Assembly: GCA_023539445.1 (NCBI GenBank)
Contig: JAKCEW010000001.1
Span: 75,484-139,483, forward strand
Length of the DNA: 64,000 bases
Reading direction: 5' to 3'
Origin: Candidatus Terraquivivens yellowstonensis
Lineage (GTDB): Archaea > Thermoproteota > Nitrososphaeria_A > Caldarchaeales > Wolframiiraptoraceae
A model generated the notes under the pieces. That model searched no databases. It was not told where the DNA came from and saw only the letters and a program-made list of their open reading frames with translations. The position numbers and the translations under genes were made by a program. Below are positions 59,096-64,000 of the stretch, piece by piece. Positions within the stretch are counted from its first letter, which is position 1. Each line of letters begins with the position of its first letter.

Positions 59096-59205
59096 TGGCG
59101 GGCCCGGTGGGATTCGAACCCACGACCTATGGGTTACTCCGTTTAAACAAACCTAAGAGCCCACCGCTTTAGGCGGAACCCCCTACCTGGCTGAGCTACG
59201 GGCCC
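59096..59205 (-). tRNA. tRNA-Lys (anticodon CTT) with two introns, CCA encoded
   Basis: The 110-nt pre-tRNA has acceptor GGGCCCG/CGGGCCC and T-arm GTGGG-TTCGAAT-CCCAC. A canonical 19-nt intron follows position 37 (fwd 59135-59153) in a perfect BHB. A second 14-nt intron sits in the D-arm at 22/23 (fwd 59169-59182); removing it gives the canonical D-arm GCTC-AGCCAGGTA-GAGC. Confidence 0.8.
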
Positions 59206-59317
59206 CAGCTTTGGTGTTTTTACACCTCAATTATAAACTTATCCGAAGCATATAAGAAAAAATCTGGATAATGGCCAACCCAAGATGTATATACTGCCTC
59301 TTAGGCCTCGTGACTAG

Positions 59318-59716
59318 GTGCGTATGGTCTTAGTCTTGATTGAATTTAAAGGACTCGGTAGCGTTAAGGCTGAATTTATCGAACATTTGAACCCTAAGAC
59401 AATCGATGCTATATTGAAAAGATTGCCTATAGAATCCAATGCGATGAGGTGGGGGGATGAAGTATATTTTGAAACACCAGTATCTGTTGACGAAGAGAAC
59501 ACAAAAACCCTCATGGAAGTTGGTGAAGTAGCATACTGGCCACCAGGAAGGGCCATAGCAATATTCTTTGGACCTACACCTGTCAGTCAGTCTGGTGAAC
59601 CACGTGCATACAGCCCATGCAACCCTATAGGCAAAGTCGTCGAAGAAATTGAGATTCTTAAGAGGGTAAAAAGTGGAACACCAGTAAAAGTTATGATGCT
59701 GCGTGAAGAGAGATGA
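59318..59716 (+). CDS. Small conserved protein, possibly cyclophilin-like fold (COG2164/TM1367-like)
   Basis: 132 aa; the family assignment rests on weak recall only. It is translationally coupled (ATGA overlap) to the downstream NUDIX gene. Confidence 0.35.
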   Translation: MRMVLVLIEFKGLGSVKAEFIEHLNPKTIDAILKRLPIESNAMRWGDEVYFETPVSVDEENTKTLMEVGEVAYWPPGRAIAIFFGPTPVSQSGEPRAYSPCNPIGKVVEEIEILKRVKSGTPVKVMMLREER

Positions 59717-60252
59717 GCGACGAAGTGTATGAGAAAGTCATAGAAAGCAAGCTTGCCTATAAGGGCAGACTGTTCAATGTAAGGGTTGATAAAGTATCTA
59801 CGTCATGGGGCAGATTAACCACTAGGGAGATAGTCGAGCATCCGGGTGCAGTCGTTATAATCCCGCTACTTGACAATGACTCAGTTGTTTTAGTTAGCCA
59901 ATATAGGCATGCGGTCAGGAAAGTTCTCTTGGAGTTGCCCGCTGGAACGCTGGAAGTTGGGGAACGTCCTGAAAGATGTGCGCATAGGGAGCTTGAGGAG
60001 GAGACGGGTTTTATCGCTGGCAAAATGGAGAAAATAACTGCATTATATCTAGCACCTGGCTATAGTACGGAGAAAGTCCACATCTACGTGGCTTCCGACC
60101 TGAAAAAAGTCGGCCAGAAGCTTGAACCCGACGAAAAGATAAGGACTGTAATCCTAAAAATAGATGAAGTCGTGGATATGATCGTAAAAGGTGAAATAGA
60201 GGATGCAAAAACGGTCGCGGGCATTATGCTACTGAAGAGACTTATTTCTTAA
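59713..60252 (+). CDS. NUDIX hydrolase (ADP-ribose pyrophosphatase-like)
   Basis: Nudix box GTLEVGERPERCAHRELEEETGF. Confidence 0.8.
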   Translation: MSDEVYEKVIESKLAYKGRLFNVRVDKVSTSWGRLTTREIVEHPGAVVIIPLLDNDSVVLVSQYRHAVRKVLLELPAGTLEVGERPERCAHRELEEETGFIAGKMEKITALYLAPGYSTEKVHIYVASDLKKVGQKLEPDEKIRTVILKIDEVVDMIVKGEIEDAKTVAGIMLLKRLIS

Positions 60253-61227
60253 AAAATGATCCCATCCTTTATATTCGATTGATATGCGCCTCCCTTCCCA
60301 GATGGCAGTTATCCCCTCCGATCTGGGAACTACCTTACCAATCTCTATCAGTTCTCTGTTGATCGAGGCTAATGCCTTCTTTGCTGCTTCGAGGTTATCA
60401 CGACTAACGGTAAATACTAATTCGTACTCTTCACCACCATAGAATACTAGGTTGAAAATATCTAACCCGTGTTTTTCAGCAAACTTTTTCGCCGTCATGT
60501 CGACTGGAGGTGCAGTTACCTCAAAACCTACGCCGCTTTGCTTTGCTAGTTCGTGAAGAGATGTAGCTAACCCATCGCTCGAATCTATGCATGAGGTTGC
60601 ATACTTTGCTAAAATCGGCCCCTCCTTGGACCTGGCCATTGGTCTTAGAACTGCGTGCTTTAACGATTCGTCAACATCTTCGATACCCATAAGTAAAGCA
60701 TTAAGACCAGCCGCGGACCTACCAAATAACCCTGTCGTCGCCAAAACATCCCCGACACGTGCACCACGTCTTGGCACGACCCTTTCCGCGAAACCTATGC
60801 CAACACAAGATACGATGACCTCTTGAGCTTCGTTAGTATCGCCTCCGGCTATCGTACCACCGTAATAATGTGCGGCCTTTTCCAAACCGTTCCAAAATGC
60901 CTCGAATTGCTCAAGGGTCATGCTCCTCGGAAGGCCGAGAGAAATTAGGTAAAGCATAGGCGTCGCACCCTTAGCCGCAAGGTCACTTACTACCATCGTA
61001 AGGGCTTTCCAACCAACGCTCTCCATGTCCATGCCAGGTGGAACGTCCGTTGACTCCACCAGCATATCTGTAGATACAACAAGCTTTCCCATGAAATCGA
61101 CTGCTACGGCATCATCACCTTTTGGGAGTACGTGGTGTGGGCCTAAAGTTATCCTTGAGAGTATCCGTTCAACAAGACTTTTCTCACCGATATCGTGAAG
61201 CGTTTTGGACAAACTCGAATCGACCAT
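60229..61227 (-). CDS. thiL: Thiamine-monophosphate kinase (ThiL; PurM-like superfamily)
   Basis: GDDAVAV...VVSTDMLVE...AKGATPM blocks. Confidence 0.8.
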   Translation of the reverse strand: MVDSSLSKTLHDIGEKSLVERILSRITLGPHHVLPKGDDAVAVDFMGKLVVSTDMLVESTDVPPGMDMESVGWKALTMVVSDLAAKGATPMLYLISLGLPRSMTLEQFEAFWNGLEKAAHYYGGTIAGGDTNEAQEVIVSCVGIGFAERVVPRRGARVGDVLATTGLFGRSAAGLNALLMGIEDVDESLKHAVLRPMARSKEGPILAKYATSCIDSSDGLATSLHELAKQSGVGFEVTAPPVDMTAKKFAEKHGLDIFNLVFYGGEEYELVFTVSRDNLEAAKKALASINRELIEIGKVVPRSEGITAIWEGRRISIEYKGWDHFLRNKSLQ

Positions 61228-61272
61228 AAAAAAGCCTCGTCAACCTCGTTATAACGTTGACTTTTAAACAAA

Positions 61273-62022
61273 CTAATCAGCCCTAAATACCCTCGCTAGC
61301 ATAGTTTTAATGCACCACTTGAAGAACCTCCAAAACTCGGCTATACCAAGCTTGGATTTCCCTCGGAGCCTCGGCATGAAAACAAATGGACACTCTACGA
61401 TCTTGAATCCGTTCTTTACTAACTCGTAAATTATCTGGACTTGAAAAACGTATCCATGATCCAAATCTTCAAGCTTGACACGTCTCAGCACATCAGCTCT
61501 ATATACCCTATAACCAGACGTCACGTCTTTCAGCTTAATACCCGTCGCCAATCTCGCCAGTAAGTTAGCGCCCTTACTTACTATGGTCCTGCTAAGAGAT
61601 TCCCATCCCCAACCTCCACCTTCCACATATCTCGATGCTATGACGCAGTCGGCATTTTTCTCCAATAAGAAGTCAAGCATAAGGGGCAACTTTTCTGGTG
61701 GATGTGACCCATCAGCATCCATTTCTGCTATGTATTCAACTTTTAGCTTTTCTAAAGCTAGAGTGAAACCATCTTTGTAAGCAGAACCAAGCCCTAACTT
61801 TTGCGGCCTTCTTATGACTATAATTTTGCCGTATTTTTCTTTAAGAGATTCAGCGACATCTGCAGTACCGTCTGGACTATTATCATCGACTACGATTACC
61901 CAGCCATCCATATTACTGTCCGATATTGAGGCGAACACCGATTCCAAGACTGTGCCTATATTTTCCGCCTCATTATAGGTTGGTATGACCACTGCGATGT
62001 TTCGTCCTTTCAAGTCCACCAC
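61273..62022 (-). CDS. GT2-family glycosyltransferase, dolichol-phosphate mannose synthase-like
   Basis: VVIPTYNEAENI...VVDDNSPDGT...EMDADGSHPP (DXD). Confidence 0.85.
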   Translation of the reverse strand: MVDLKGRNIAVVIPTYNEAENIGTVLESVFASISDSNMDGWVIVVDDNSPDGTADVAESLKEKYGKIIVIRRPQKLGLGSAYKDGFTLALEKLKVEYIAEMDADGSHPPEKLPLMLDFLLEKNADCVIASRYVEGGGWGWESLSRTIVSKGANLLARLATGIKLKDVTSGYRVYRADVLRRVKLEDLDHGYVFQVQIIYELVKNGFKIVECPFVFMPRLRGKSKLGIAEFWRFFKWCIKTMLARVFRAD

Positions 62023-62108
62023 GTTCGCCCAAGCTTAAGTTTAAGAATATCCGTCTATTGTGAAAATACTGGTAAATTAATAAGTTTCCATGCTGAACTC
62101 GTTAAAAG

Positions 62109-62183
62109 GCCCCGGTAGCTCAGCCCGGTCGGAGCGGCCGCCTCGTAAGCGGCATGTCGCGGGTTCGAATCCCGCCCGGGGCT
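62109..62183 (+). tRNA. tRNA-Thr (anticodon CGT), CCA not encoded
   Basis: Acceptor GCCCCGG/CCGGGGC, D-arm GCTC...GAGC, anticodon stem GCCGC/GCGGC with loop CTCGTAA, T-arm GCGGG-TTCGAAT-CCCGC, discriminator U. Confidence 0.85.
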
Positions 62184-62230
62184 TCTATACAACATCGCTT
62201 AATCAGAATTCGTCTAGAACCTTTTGGAAG

Positions 62231-62638
62231 TCATATGTTTGATGCTATGACTTTCTTAGGTATGAGTTTTATTATGACAGACTCGCCTTCCTCTATGGGA
62301 GCCATCCTTTCATACTGTTTATACTTTCTATAAAGCAGACGTCTTGCGTATGCAAATTCTTCACCACCCTCGCAAATCTCAGCGGTACCTTGAACCATGA
62401 GACTTTTTAGCCGATTCCAATTTTCATAATACACATCAACGAGCAACGTGGCCGATGGGTTCTTCTTCAGATTCTTAACCTTTTTAGAGTTAGCCTCCGT
62501 ACCTATGTATATTGCCTTTCCGTCAAACGCATAACATATGGGAACCAAATGAATCGTTCCGTCTTCGGATATCGTTCCCAACCTTCCGACCCTCTGTTTT
62601 TTAAGAAAGCTCGCATATTTTCTTTTCAATTCTAGCAA
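62231..62638 (-). CDS. Pyridoxamine 5'-phosphate oxidase-like FMN-binding split-barrel protein
   Basis: 135 aa of the PNPOx/F420-dependent family (GRLGTISEDGTIHLVPICYAFDGKAIYIG). Confidence 0.7.
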   Translation of the reverse strand: MLELKRKYASFLKKQRVGRLGTISEDGTIHLVPICYAFDGKAIYIGTEANSKKVKNLKKNPSATLLVDVYYENWNRLKSLMVQGTAEICEGGEEFAYARRLLYRKYKQYERMAPIEEGESVIIKLIPKKVIASNI

Positions 62639-62705
62639 GATCAGTCAACCCCTTTATATGGTTGTAAAAATATTATATTTATAAAACCATCGTAAAGAGT
62701 CTAGC

Positions 62706-63437
62706 ATGATGCTTACGGAAAGGGAACTAAAAAGGTATGACAGACAAATTAGGCTCTTTGGCGTAGAAGGTCAAAATAAGCTGAAAGCTGCGAAGGTGCT
62801 TGTGGCAGGAGTTGGGGGTCTTGGTACTGCGGCAGCTCTTTACTTGGCGGCGGCAGGTGTGGGCAAGCTTGTGCTTGTTGATAAAGATGTAGTTGAACTC
62901 AGCAATTTGAACCGTCAAATCCTATACACCACAGAGGATTTAGGAAAACCAAAGGCAGAGGTCGCAGCTAAGAGGTTGAACTCGTTAAATCCTGAAATCT
63001 CTGTAGAAGCTTTAACGATTGAGATAAACGAAGAGAATGCACCTGAAATCGTAAAGGGATGCAACGTCGTAGTAGATGGCCAAGATAACTATGCGACTAG
63101 ATATGCGCTAAACGATGCGTGCATTGTACATAAGATTCCCTTTGTACATGCATCCGTGCATGCGTATGAAGGTAGGCTGATGACTATTCTGCCGGGCAAA
63201 GGACCATGTTATAGGTGTCTTATACCCGTACCGCCACCAGAAGCTAAGGGTTTTCCGATACTTGGCACGGTTCCAGGAACTATCTCTACGCTACAAGCTA
63301 CAGAAGTGATAAAAATCGTACTTGGTATAGGAAAACTTTGCGTTGGAAAGTTGCTCGTATACGATGCTCTCGATATGACGTTCTACGAGATAAAGATCGA
63401 AAGAAATCCTGAGTGCCCTTCATGCAGACTGCTTTAA
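62706..63437 (+). CDS. MoeB/ThiF-family E1-like adenylyltransferase
   Basis: VLVAGVGGLGTAAALYLAAAGVGKLVLVDKDVVELSNLNRQ, with C-terminal CYRC. Confidence 0.85.
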   Translation: MMLTERELKRYDRQIRLFGVEGQNKLKAAKVLVAGVGGLGTAAALYLAAAGVGKLVLVDKDVVELSNLNRQILYTTEDLGKPKAEVAAKRLNSLNPEISVEALTIEINEENAPEIVKGCNVVVDGQDNYATRYALNDACIVHKIPFVHASVHAYEGRLMTILPGKGPCYRCLIPVPPPEAKGFPILGTVPGTISTLQATEVIKIVLGIGKLCVGKLLVYDALDMTFYEIKIERNPECPSCRLL

Positions 63438-63485
63438 AAAAACGTTTATAAACATCAAAACTGAAAAATTATACCGTGAGTAAAT

Positions 63486-63744
63486 ATGCCAAAAGCATTT
63501 GTCTTGGTGAACACTGAGATACCCCGATAAAATAAGGGGCTCAAAAGGTTCTGAGGAAGAAGTGGTTAACGAGTTAAGAAAGATCGACGCGGTTAAGGAG
63601 GCATTTATTGTCTATGGTGTTTATGACGTGATAGTAAAGGTTGAAGCAGATAGCATGGACAAGCTTAAGGAAATAGTTTCATGGAAGATAAGAAGATTGG
63701 ATAAGGTCAGGAGTACACTCACGATGCTTGTGATCAGCGAGTGA
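63486..63744 (+). CDS. Stand-alone RAM (Lrp/AsnC C-terminal) domain protein, interrupted by a 25-nt BHB-type intron. The mature CDS is join(63486..63520, 63546..63744).
   Basis: Exon 1 (MPKAFVLVNTEI) runs into a TAA. Exon 2, in the +1 frame, encodes GSEEEVVNELRKIDAVKEAFIVYGVYDVIVKVEADSMDKLKEIV..., which matches stand-alone RAM-domain proteins (MxKAFVLIKTEPGKEEEV...). Confidence 0.65.
63521..63545 (+). other. Putative BHB mRNA intron in the RAM-domain gene (25 nt)
   Basis: Central 4-bp helix UGAG(63515-18)/CUCA(63540-43) with perfect Watson-Crick pairs. The 3-nt bulges are AUA (63519-21) and AAA (63544-46). The inner stem CCCC/GGGG closes a 10-nt loop. Cutting after the 2nd bulge nucleotide joins AU|A GGU and gives ...TEIGSEEE... 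Confidence 0.65.
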
Positions 63745-64000
63745 CTCTAACCGCTTAAAATAATACTCAAAGCCTAATCGCATCGCCTTAAATGGTCTTG
63801 GCATCATAAGGGCTCACGGTAGAGCTTGTGAGATAGCGGCAATAAGGCACACGTAATTACAAAATTTCTCTCACACTTCGGTACGAGCTTATGACAAAAG
63901 ATGAGGTTTTATAAAGACGATACCAAAATTCACATGCCGGACATCATCGGTTTATTTACCTAGAGCTTTAGGTGGTTTTGGCGGTTACGCGCTTGAAAAC

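Noticed and set aside
63562-63744. A 60-aa ORF called from a GTG as an independent small gene
   Set aside because: It lacks the N-terminal beta-strand of the RAM domain. That strand (MPKAFVLVNTEI) is encoded just upstream in another frame and is joined exactly by the predicted 25-nt BHB intron.
1-64000. Many 60-130-aa ORFs antisense to or overlapping large conserved genes (for example 614-838, 1797-2009, 35469-35771, 39019-39312, 44559-45050)
   Set aside because: These are shadow ORFs inside well-supported conserved genes on the other strand or frame. They have no homology and odd composition.
1-64000. CRISPR arrays, insertion sequences, integrases or toxin-antitoxin / defence islands
   Set aside because: No regularly spaced repeats, transposase or integrase-like ORFs, or compositional islands were seen. 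The window is core housekeeping DNA.

Overview
This window is a chromosomal segment from a hyperthermophilic archaeon. It looks TACK/Crenarchaeota-like, probably Thermoproteales-like. The clues are GC-rich tRNAs in a genome of about 45% GC, an unsplit rpoB, a LysW-mediated lysine/arginine biosynthesis cluster, and a tRNA carrying two introns. It is dense with core genes:
- a fragmented ribosomal-protein superoperon, with uL3-uL4 at the left edge and uL22 through uL30, including uS14 and the RNase P protein Rpp29, at 7.8-15.5 kb;
- rpoH-rpoB-rpoA-eL30-nusA-uS12-uS7-aEF1A-uS10 at 34.5-45.6 kb;
- a lysX/Y/Z/W/J/K plus argH cluster at 24.9-34.4 kb;
- suf Fe-S assembly genes, a two-domain metE, endonucleases V and Q, archaeal-type PEP carboxylase, A-type ATPase subunit I, and three tRNAs.
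No CRISPR array, mobile element or recognisable defence island is present.

The most unusual signal is RNA-level. Two protein-coding genes are interrupted by short insertions that carry in-frame stop codons and fold into near-perfect bulge-helix-bulge (BHB) motifs, the substrate of the archaeal tRNA-splicing endonuclease. Removing them at the predicted cut sites restores the conserved protein sequence exactly. One is elongation factor 2, with a 31-nt insertion inside the GTPase P-loop. The other is a small stand-alone RAM-domain gene, with a 25-nt insertion. These look like BHB-type mRNA introns; the window has no cbf5, the only archaeal gene I know to carry such an intron. Other notable points are a tRNA-Lys with a canonical and a D-arm intron, a fused RpoA'/A'' reading frame of 1272 aa, and a full-length two-domain MetE frame split by a single in-frame TGA.
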